Below, one piece after another: positions 25,719 through 33,113 of a stretch of DNA of 49,701 nucleotides. Within the stretch, counting starts at the first letter, position 1; each line of letters opens with the position of its first letter. The stretch is taken from positions 1 through 49,701 of the forward strand of contig JBFHXD010000003.1 in assembly GCA_041599135.1 (NCBI GenBank), in the 5' to 3' direction. This stretch comes from Candidatus Methylomirabilales bacterium (lineage in GTDB: Bacteria; Methylomirabilota; Methylomirabilia; Methylomirabilales; CSP1-5). A model generated the notes under the pieces. That model did no database searches, was not told where the DNA came from, and saw only the letters and a list, made by a program, of their open reading frames with translations. The translations under genes were made by a program, and so were the position numbers.

Positions 25719-26831
25719 TTAGCCTTTCATTCCGCGGTCACTGCCAATGACCTCGAGGATGGCCTCGGCGGTGATTTCGTCCATGGGATAAAACTCTCCA
25801 CCCATGGCGACTGCCAGTTCCTGGGCTGGCGCAAAGATTCTGCCATCCGACATCCGCCAGCCTTCGCCACCGGTCCCGAGTACGATGCTGCGAATGTTCT
25901 TGGCCCGAATCATCTCCCCGACCAAAGCCGCCTCTTTGCCGGGATCCATATGACCCATCGACACGTTTGCATTTCCATCACTGATAAGGATTAGAACGGG
26001 AATGAGGGCCCGGTCTCGTCGAAGTTCTTGCTGGATGAGTTCGTAGGCGGTGAGCAAACCTTTGGAGATGGGGGTCGTCCCCCCGATGTCCAGGGACTGG
26101 AACGCGGCCTTGGCCAGCTCGATGCTGGCGGTCGGACGCAGGATGATGGCAGCGGACTGTTCCCGGAAAGTGACCAAGCCCACGCGATCCCGCCGCTGAT
26201 ACGCGTCAACCAACAGGGCGAGGATCGCCCCTTGCGTTGCCAGGATCCGACGCTGCGTCCCCATCGAGGCGCTGCAGTCCACGACGAAGACGAGCAAATT
26301 TCCCACCTTCCGCTCTCGGATTTTGGAGTGCAGATCAGACGGCTCGACCTTGAGGAGCATGTTGCCTCGATCCCGATTCTGTTGGTGCACCGCAGCCGTC
26401 CGGAGGGTGGCGTCGAGGGCGATATCTCGAGTGTGGGATCCAGCATGGAAGGCCCGAATGTAGCGGCCGCGGCTCTGCGCCGTCCGCGCAGTACTCCGCT
26501 TACCAGGCATGTCTCGTCGTTTCCTCTCCTTCCGGGGGGTAATGATGAGATGCGGATTGAAACCCTGCATCATTTGGAGCAGGAGGGTCTCATCGAATGC
26601 GATCCGTTGTTCGGAGGGCATCCCTTGATCATGCGGGCAGTTGTCCAGGTCGCAGGTACAGCCCCGCCCGGCGCTGCCGATGCCTGCCGCTTCGTCGAAG
26701 AAATCACCTCCTTCTAATCCCTCCCAGGGTCGGAGTTCTAAATTGTAACTCTCCCCCGTGGACGAGGGAGTAACGTCCCGATCATCACGGTGGGAAATTG
26801 CGAGGGGCGCTTTGGATAATTTTGTGGGGTC
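25719..26831 (-). CDS. ChlD-like linker + VWA domain (probable +1 frameshift continuation of 26830-27930)
   Basis: GKRS.ART..SRGRYIRA, DIALDATLRTAA, MIDAS DCSAS, AYQRRDRVGLV, GGTTP, ISDG.ANV. Confidence 0.88.
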   Translation of the reverse strand, partial: DPTKLSKAPLAISHRDDRDVTPSSTGESYNLELRPWEGLEGGDFFDEAAGIGSAGRGCTCDLDNCPHDQGMPSEQRIAFDETLLLQMMQGFNPHLIITPRKERKRRDMPGKRSTARTAQSRGRYIRAFHAGSHTRDIALDATLRTAAVHQQNRDRGNMLLKVEPSDLHSKIRERKVGNLLVFVVDCSASMGTQRRILATQGAILALLVDAYQRRDRVGLVTFREQSAAIILRPTASIELAKAAFQSLDIGGTTPISKGLLTAYELIQQELRRDRALIPVLILISDGNANVSMGHMDPGKEAALVGEMIRAKNIRSIVLGTGGEGWRMSDGRIFAPAQELAVAMGGEFYPMDEITAEAILEVIGSDRGMKG

Positions 26832-26844
26832 AAAGATGCCTCCT
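26829..26844 (-). other. prfB-type programmed +1 ribosomal frameshift cassette
   Basis: Minus strand reads AGG AGG CAT CTT TGA C; skipping one base enters the VWA frame at GAC. Confidence 0.75.
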
Positions 26845-27930
26845 GTGGGCGAACGCCTCGGCCAGACGATCCAGCGTCTTCGCGTCAAGGGCCTTTTCCT
26901 GAAAGGGGAGGCGCTTGACCCGATGTCGCAGGCTGAGCTCCATGATGTCCCGAAAATCCTGAGGCGTGGGTGCCTGCTCCTGTCGAAAGGCCGCGGCGGC
27001 CACGGCAGCCTTCACCATGGTGATCTCTGCCCGATGGCCATCCACCTTCATCTCTTCGGCAACCTCGGCGGCAAAATCCATCAGCTCTTCCGAGGGAGTG
27101 AGCGTCGGCAGAAGCTCCCGAGCCCGGACAATCTGGGCGTGGAGCACCTCTTGCGATGCCTGCCATTCCCGTCGGAATCCTTCGGGATCCGTCTGGAAGG
27201 TGAGGGCCCGGCGTGCGATATCTTTTCGGTGCCCGCGGGATTGCTCCGTCTCGATCTCCACGCAGAGACCGAATCGGTCTAACAGCTGGGGTCTCAGCTC
27301 TCCTTCCTCGGGATTCATGGTCCCGACCAGAATGAGCCGGCACGGATGGGTGTAGCTCACCCCCTCCCGTTCCACGAGGTTGATGCCGGTCACTGCGACA
27401 TCGAGGAGCACATCGACGATGTGATCATCCAGAAGGTTCACTTCGTCGACATACAGGATCGCGCGATGGGCACTGGCGAGGATTCCTGGTTGGAAGACCT
27501 TCTGCCCGGTCTTCAGCGCGGCTTCGATGTCGATGGACCCTACCACACGGTCTTCGGAGGCATTCAGGGGGAGATCCACGACCGGCGTAGAGGTTTCGTG
27601 GAGCGGCAATAGTTTCCCTTGTCCCACCTTGATCTGACAGTCAGGGCAAAGCCCCTCCTTCTGATCGGGATGACAGGCGAACCGGCAACCCTTCACTGCC
27701 AGGCGTGCAGGCAGGAGCTCAGCGATACCCCGGACGGCCGTGGATTTGGCGGTCCCCTTCTGCCCTCGGATGAGCACCCCGCCGATGGAGGGGTCAATAG
27801 CATTCAGGACCAGGGCTTTTTTCATCTTCTCCTGGCCCAGTACCGCGGAGAAGGGGAAAATGGGTCGCGTCATAGAAACTTGTCCATGCACAGGTTTGCT
27901 TCCTCTTTTTCGTGAGGAACGGCTCTTCAT
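26830..27930 (-). CDS. ChlI/BchI-like AAA+ ATPase (chelatase-type)
   Basis: [10 protein letters not shown], Walker [17 protein letters not shown], Walker [28 protein letters not shown]; ATGA overlap with the Ubl gene. Confidence 0.93.
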   Translation of the reverse strand: MKSRSSRKRGSKPVHGQVSMTRPIFPFSAVLGQEKMKKALVLNAIDPSIGGVLIRGQKGTAKSTAVRGIAELLPARLAVKGCRFACHPDQKEGLCPDCQIKVGQGKLLPLHETSTPVVDLPLNASEDRVVGSIDIEAALKTGQKVFQPGILASAHRAILYVDEVNLLDDHIVDVLLDVAVTGINLVEREGVSYTHPCRLILVGTMNPEEGELRPQLLDRFGLCVEIETEQSRGHRKDIARRALTFQTDPEGFRREWQASQEVLHAQIVRARELLPTLTPSEELMDFAAEVAEEMKVDGHRAEITMVKAAVAAAAFRQEQAPTPQDFRDIMELSLRHRVKRLPFQEKALDAKTLDRLAEAFAHRRHL

Positions 27931-28211
27931 CCTTTCTCCCCAGCCTGGCGCACAAATTCAAGGTGCTGCCCTGGAAGAAGAATTTGGGTCTCGCTCACCT
28001 CCTGCCCGTCAATGAGGGCTATCGCCCTGGGACTGATGTTGAAGGCCTGCCCCAGTGCCTCCCGGACCTGACTCACCGTCTTTCCGGCAACCCCGACGGA
28101 GAGGGCGTGTATCCCATAGACAACTCGGACCTTTCCACCGACGTGTGCCTCGGGCGCCCAACCGATAGGGCCACCGGGCGCCTTGATCTCCTGTAACCAT
28201 TCTTTGCTCAA
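27927..28211 (-). CDS. Ubiquitin-like (beta-grasp) protein ending in ...AGEKG (PRTRC protein C-like)
   Basis: [20 protein letters not shown]...ALIDG.EV....[14 protein letters not shown]; C-terminal Gly; lies among E2-like and JAB genes. Confidence 0.8.
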   Translation of the reverse strand: MSKEWLQEIKAPGGPIGWAPEAHVGGKVRVVYGIHALSVGVAGKTVSQVREALGQAFNISPRAIALIDGQEVSETQILLPGQHLEFVRQAGEKG

Positions 28212-28270
28212 GGTCCCGCATCCTCTCGATCCGATGAGTTGTTCATCTACAAACGCTGTTTTAAATTTTC

Positions 28271-28299
28271 ATTCTATTCATGGCGGGAAATAATGTCAA
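28271..28299 (-). promoter_or_regulatory. Sigma70 promoter for the Ubl-AAA/VWA unit
   Basis: Minus strand TTGACA-N17-TAGAAT. Confidence 0.75.
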
Positions 28300-28352
28300 C
28301 CGCAAAGGCACATCCGAAGTGGCCAATCGCAGGGTCTACCCTCTGTGCGAAG

Positions 28353-29144
28353 TCACTTCGTTTCGGCGATCCGGTACATCAAGTTTGCCAGATCCGAGGC
28401 ATCGGCGATGGCTCGGCGAGGCTGCGGACCACTCTCGGCGAGGCGATCCATGACTTCGCCGATGGTCAGCCCGAGCGCCTCCCATGGCAAGGTGAGGGGG
28501 AAGAGGGGTTCGGCCTGTGAGGCGGTCTCCCAGGCCTCGAGGGTGGTGATGCGAGGATCGAGAGGTCGGGCTCGCTCGAAACAGTTTCCAGCAATGTCGG
28601 CGTTAAAGCCGGTCCCCCAGAAGAAATCAAGGAGCATCGTCGCCTGCTGCACGGGCGGCCTATCCCACAGATCCTCCGGTCTCCCTCTGAGACAGGCCCG
28701 GCAAGCGGAGGGTTTCTCGGGATCCGCTTGCACATTCCAGAGGTTCGACAGCAGCAAGGTATCGTTTGGGCCCTGAAGCGGGGCGGTCCGGTAGTAGACC
28801 CGCATGTCTTCGAAGGTGCCCTGGAAGAAGAGGAAGATATAGACAATGTATGGGAAGGCCAGACGGTACGTCTGGTACTCCGCCCCTTTTCCCATGGCGG
28901 CATCACTCCAGCGGATCAGCCGGAGCTGTGGCGGTTGCTCGACGCACAGGACGTTTACTGTCCCTTCCAGCTTGGCAATCCGCGTTCCGGGGGGGAGGAG
29001 GAGGTGATGTCCTCGCCCCGGACGACGGGCTGAGGCGGTCACCTCTCGCAAAAAATCCTCGATCGGAACCTCTCGATCACGCGTCGGAGGCGTCCCATCT
29101 TGGTAGAGTGCAACCTTGTTCCCCCGGATTTCGATCCACTCCAC
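28353..29144 (-). CDS. Prokaryotic E2-like protein (Prok-E2 family D / PRTRC protein B-like), paralogue 1
   Basis: EQPPQLR, LAFPY, MRVYYRTAPL, SNLWNVQ...CRACLRG, FFWGTGFNAD; AGGAG RBS before GTG. Confidence 0.65.
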   Translation of the reverse strand: MEWIEIRGNKVALYQDGTPPTRDREVPIEDFLREVTASARRPGRGHHLLLPPGTRIAKLEGTVNVLCVEQPPQLRLIRWSDAAMGKGAEYQTYRLAFPYIVYIFLFFQGTFEDMRVYYRTAPLQGPNDTLLLSNLWNVQADPEKPSACRACLRGRPEDLWDRPPVQQATMLLDFFWGTGFNADIAGNCFERARPLDPRITTLEAWETASQAEPLFPLTLPWEALGLTIGEVMDRLAESGPQPRRAIADASDLANLMYRIAETK

Positions 29145-29170
29145 AGCTTCTACTCCTGTGTTTTCGGTCT

Positions 29171-29199
29171 AGGTTAGGTGGCTTCCATTGACGTGTCAA
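29171..29199 (-). promoter_or_regulatory. Sigma70 promoter for E2-like paralogue 1
   Basis: Minus strand TTGACA-N17-TAACCT. Confidence 0.6.
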
Positions 29200-29209
29200 G
29201 ATCAGTCAG

Positions 29210-29947
29210 TCATCCGGTACCTTCTTGGATCCTGAGCCATGCCAGTGCCTGCTGGAAGACATCAGGGTTGAATTTCAAATCCACGTGGTTGAACCAGCGG
29301 TGTAGATACGGAAGAATGGCCGGGCTCAGCTCGGCCTCGGGATGCTGGAATGTGGTCACGGCCGCTACTGTTCCGTGGGAGAGGTCTCGTGCCAAACTAT
29401 GAATCCCCTCGATGAGGGTCGGAATATCCCCGTCCCCGTGAAGAAGGAGGGCCGGCCGGGTAGGCTGCTTCAGCTGCTCCATCTTCTGCAGGAGTTCTAG
29501 AATGTACATTGGGCTTGGGCTGCGGACAGTGGTGGCGCCAAAGGCGAGGAGCATCTGTCGCCCTTCCTCGGAAGGTCGAGTGGCCACGGCGGGAGAGATC
29601 GCGATCACGAGATCCGCGCTCGAGAGCAGGACGAGCCGCCCACCGAGGCTGTGTCCCACGGCGACCACGGTCCCGTAGCGGCGGAGCCACTGCAGGCCGG
29701 CCTCTACATCCTGAAGCAATCCGTCATCGAGGATCCCGGGGTGCTCTCCGTGCCCCCGCAGATCGAGGGCGACCGCCGCCCATCCTTCCTCGGCGAGGCG
29801 GGCTGCCACACCGAGCATCTGCTCCTTGCACCCCCCGTAGCCGTGCACGACCACCGCTCCACCCCGGTGGTCTTCAGGAAGGATAGCGTAAGCGGGGACG
29901 GCAAGTTCGTCCTTGGTTCTGAGGTCGGTGAGTCGGCGAAATTGCAT
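29210..29947 (-). CDS. Alpha/beta-hydrolase fold protein
   Basis: Start re-called at ATG 29947 (GGAGG RBS); VVHGYGG, DLRGHG, nucleophile elbow GHSLGG, LLHGDGD. Confidence 0.9.
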   Translation of the reverse strand: MQFRRLTDLRTKDELAVPAYAILPEDHRGGAVVVHGYGGCKEQMLGVAARLAEEGWAAVALDLRGHGEHPGILDDGLLQDVEAGLQWLRRYGTVVAVGHSLGGRLVLLSSADLVIAISPAVATRPSEEGRQMLLAFGATTVRSPSPMYILELLQKMEQLKQPTRPALLLHGDGDIPTLIEGIHSLARDLSHGTVAAVTTFQHPEAELSPAILPYLHRWFNHVDLKFNPDVFQQALAWLRIQEGTG

Positions 29948-30057
29948 CGGTGATGCCTCCGAAGGGCGACACGCGGAGGTACTCTGTCGTCCCCTTGTTT
30001 GGTGGCGGCTGACGTGGGCTGCTGAGAACGAGTGGTGGTCGGGTTGCTCTTTCCCCA

Positions 30058-30684
30058 TCAGGCCTTTGGACTGGGTGGGAATCCTGGCGGGTCAGGCGTG
30101 AAGGGGGTCAGAAACTCCATCTCGACTGGGCTCTCGAACAACTCCAGATCACGGGTGATCACGTGGAGCTTCTCGCACATCTCGGCAATGATAGCGTTCC
30201 GAAGTATGACCTCGTCCACCTCACTGCCCATGCGAGGAACAACCGTCAAGGGAAGGTCGCCGAGCGTCTGCCCGTTCGGGGGCAAGATGTCGAGGCGGCA
30301 GGCGAATTCGCCCCCTTTATTACCAACGAGAGAGATCATGAAGTCCCCGGAAAAATTCGCGATGGTGCGCTCATCCGTTTCACTCCATTCCACGTCCATC
30401 TCGGCATGGCTGTGCCACCACAGACACAGTGAAGCAGGGTTCCGCCCTTCGGCAACGCAGCACTCGAGGATTTCGAGCAAGGCCGCCGGGTCAAGTTCCG
30501 TCTCGGATGGGGAGACTTTCTGAGGGAGAATGAAGAGGTCGGTAATCACAAATCGGTCGCCATCCCGTTCCACTTCGCCGAGTCCGCCGATCTCTACGGG
30601 ACACAGTTCGATGTAGAGTCGCAGCTTTTGGAACGCCTCCGGGGTAATCAGGATCTGAGGGGGGGTGTTGCTCGTCCAGTTCAC
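30058..30684 (-). CDS. JAB/MPN (JAMM) metalloprotease
   Basis: Start re-called at GTG 30684 (GTGA overlap, GGAGGAGGT RBS); PVEIGG Glu and WWHSHAEMDVEWSETD (HxH-X7-S-X2-D). Confidence 0.88.
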   Translation of the reverse strand: MNWTSNTPPQILITPEAFQKLRLYIELCPVEIGGLGEVERDGDRFVITDLFILPQKVSPSETELDPAALLEILECCVAEGRNPASLCLWWHSHAEMDVEWSETDERTIANFSGDFMISLVGNKGGEFACRLDILPPNGQTLGDLPLTVVPRMGSEVDEVILRNAIIAEMCEKLHVITRDLELFESPVEMEFLTPFTPDPPGFPPSPKA

Positions 30685-31859
30685 GCGTGAACCTCCTCCC
30701 AGTAGTCGATCGGCGTGTACCACCCATTCGGGTTCACGGTCTTCAGGTACTCGAGGAGCAGTTGGGCCGTGGCCACCCACTGGAATTCGCTGACCAGCTT
30801 CGGGACGCTGTGGCCGATGTTCCCGAGGCAGGGCTTGGCGTCCCACACGTGCGGGTGGTCGTAGTAGCCGTAGGCTCGCGTAAGATTCTTGATGGCAACG
30901 TCTCCATTGAACCGGATGTCGAGTTGAAAGCGTCCGAGGCGGAACCGCTTTCCGGCCACGACCGTCTCGACGGTATTCGTAATGACGCGGAGGCAGTCTC
31001 CCAGAATCTCGACCTCTCGGACTTCGGGGATCGCCGTCAACGCTTCGATTTCCCGCACCAGCAACTCCTCCGACTGCTCAACCTCCGTGAGGATGCGGAT
31101 CCGCTCGCGGCAGCTCGAAAGCATCCGGGTGTGAAGCGCCATCTGGCGGGAGAGTTCTTTCAGATTCTCTTCCACGATCGCCATCCCCTGCCGAATCTGA
31201 TCGCCGGTCTCGAAGGCCCCGGACGTGCCGGCCGATGGATCGGGGGGGCTCGATTGCTCCCGCCACGCCTCGGCGCACTCCAGCATCATGAGAGTCGTCC
31301 GGTGACTCTGCCGCCGCAGGGTCACCTGCACCTGGTGGGGAAGCCGGCCGGTCTCATGGCACACCACCTCTGTCATCCCTTCCAGGCAGAGATCGAGGGT
31401 CCGCCGCAGCAGAAGCGGCCTAACCGCGGTCGGTTGGCCCAGCAGGTCGAACAGGACGTAGATATTCTCTCCGAGGATCCCGCTGACCGCACGACCCCGC
31501 GGATCGCACTTGACGGTCCCGCGGGTGAAGAGGTTACCTGGAGCCAGGGTGTACTGCGTTCCGGGGGCGAGCTCCCAGAAAAAGACCGCAGGCGTCTCGA
31601 TGCTCGGGCTGACCGGCCAGAAAGAGAACCGGTGTGGTCGAGCGGGGAGGGCGAAAAGGTGCAGATGGAGACCATCACCCCGCCGGGGTGGAGAGACGTG
31701 GTGGGACGGTGCGTGGGCGTGGATGGGAATGTGCAGGGCGCGCGCATACTCCTTCAGCACGGGTTGCAGCAGTATCGGTCCCTCCGCGTGACTCGGGTAA
31801 CCGGGGTCCGTGAGCATCATCGAGACCATATGCCACCCCTGGGTGTTGTTGCGCGGCAC
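30681..31859 (-). CDS. Coiled-coil protein with C-terminal E2/UBC-like domain
   Basis: Central heptad-rich segment; C-terminal HPHVWDAKPCLGN resembles the UBC HPN...C motif; start uncertain. Confidence 0.6.
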   Translation of the reverse strand: MPRNNTQGWHMVSMMLTDPGYPSHAEGPILLQPVLKEYARALHIPIHAHAPSHHVSPPRRGDGLHLHLFALPARPHRFSFWPVSPSIETPAVFFWELAPGTQYTLAPGNLFTRGTVKCDPRGRAVSGILGENIYVLFDLLGQPTAVRPLLLRRTLDLCLEGMTEVVCHETGRLPHQVQVTLRRQSHRTTLMMLECAEAWREQSSPPDPSAGTSGAFETGDQIRQGMAIVEENLKELSRQMALHTRMLSSCRERIRILTEVEQSEELLVREIEALTAIPEVREVEILGDCLRVITNTVETVVAGKRFRLGRFQLDIRFNGDVAIKNLTRAYGYYDHPHVWDAKPCLGNIGHSVPKLVSEFQWVATAQLLLEYLKTVNPNGWYTPIDYWEEVHA

Positions 31860-32282
31860 CTATTTGTAGCACACGGAGCCATATCGGGCCAAGGGAAAAG
31901 GGCCGCTCCGGTGGCGCTTCTCGCGCAGAAGAATGATCCCAACAGCGGTCCAGAGCATCTAATTGTTCGGAGGGGCGTTTTGGAATTCCGTCCATGGATC
32001 GGACGTCAAAGAAATCGAGGGTACCATCGGGATGGGCACGCCGACGGGGACCTGCCTCTCTTTGTCCCAACTGCGTGTCATTGGTGCCCCACGGGTGTGC
32101 GGAAATTAATCCGGCCCCCCTCGGCGGAAACCGAGTAGGCTGAGAGCTCTGCTCGCGGACCGGGAAGCATTGACGGGATCGAGGAAAGCCTTTAAAGTTA
32201 AAACGATTAGTCCAGGGCTTCATCGGAGAGGGGGCCTGCGCGCGGCGAAAATTTAAAAAAGTGAACGCTGGGAACGTGACCT

Positions 32283-32298
32283 TGGCAAACTTCTTGCA
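32283..32298 (+). promoter_or_regulatory. Sigma54 (-24/-12) promoter candidate
   Basis: TGGCAA-ACTTC-TTGCA, correct GG/GC spacing, about 50 nt upstream of ATG 32347. Confidence 0.55.
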
Positions 32299-32346
32299 CC
32301 GCACCCGATAAAACAACGCATCCACGACCTGAAAGGGCTGTTCATC

Positions 32347-32613
32347 ATGGTACTCGGTGATGTGATCACAGTCGTCTCCCTCGTCTCGCTCGGCAGTATC
32401 ATCGGGGCCGCTGGATTCATGCGGCTTATTCGCCTGGATCGACTGCGCTGGGAACGCATGCGGCAGGATGCCTGTCGCTGGCATCAATGGCAGTTTTCCG
32501 AGGCACGGACTTCGCTCGTCTGTTCCCTGTGCGGGAAGCGGAGTCGTCTCATCAATCCCTGTCAGGACCGCGGGTCGGAAATCGGTTCGTCGGGCAACAT
32601 GTTCTTACCCTAG
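32347..32613 (+). CDS. Small membrane-anchored protein with a C-X2-H...CxxC motif
   Basis: N-terminal TM helix; CRWHQW...VCSLCGK. Confidence 0.6.
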   Translation: MVLGDVITVVSLVSLGSIIGAAGFMRLIRLDRLRWERMRQDACRWHQWQFSEARTSLVCSLCGKRSRLINPCQDRGSEIGSSGNMFLP

Positions 32614-32802
32614 CGTCTTCTCTGCTCCCCACAATCGGTGACAGCCCCTGTGCCGCATGGGGGGGACCACCCCCTTCGGCATCTGCCCGTGGCTTTTTCC
32701 CGCCCGACCCGTGCCGCCCCTTCATTATCTTCTATCTTCGCCGACCCCCTGCATGGCTTGCCCCCGCGGTCGAGCCCGGGAAGGGGTGGCGGCTTATTTT
32801 TC

Positions 32803-32831
32803 TTGACAGCCAGGAAATATAACAGTATTTT
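32803..32831 (+). promoter_or_regulatory. Sigma70 promoter candidate for the MFS-ccr unit
   Basis: TTGACA-N17-TATTTT in an AT-rich island; further TTGACA hexamers at 32835 and 32910. Confidence 0.4.
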
Positions 32832-33113
32832 CTTTTGACAATTCTAGGGGTAATGCCCGGCGGGCTATGTGCAGGATGTCTAGCGATAAAATCCATTTAG
32901 ATATTTCGCTTGACAGGGGGAAGAGGGATTTGGTAGGAGAGACCAACCACAGCCAAGTTACTGTCCGACGAAACCGTCCTAGAATCTTTCCAAAAGGGGG
33001 TGGTACCGCGCACATACTGCAGGGGTGGGGAGGCAGCCGGTATCTTTTGCGTTCTGGCTGAGAAGGGAGGCTGATTCACCTTCCCTTCTTCGAACAGAGG
33101 AGGAGGAGTACTC

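Noticed and set aside
26738-26833. GGAGG-N5-TTG read as a re-initiation site for the VWA gene
   Set aside because: That TTG is in the wrong frame and gives only a 31-codon ORF; the SD geometry fits the +1 frameshift cassette instead.
25719-27930. Evidence for chlorophyll or cobalamin synthesis from chlI/chlD
   Set aside because: No ChlH/CobN or tetrapyrrole genes in the window; the context is Ubl/E2.
30687-32487. Long ORFs 30687-32138 (+) and 31675-32487 (-)
   Set aside because: Shadow or overlapping frames with no motifs, as expected in GC-rich DNA; a small real gene or longer N-terminus upstream of 31859 cannot be excluded.
32930-32946. FadR/PdhR-type operator TTGGT-N7-ACCAA
   Set aside because: Spacer is longer than the sites I know, there is a single instance, and no cognate regulator is nearby.
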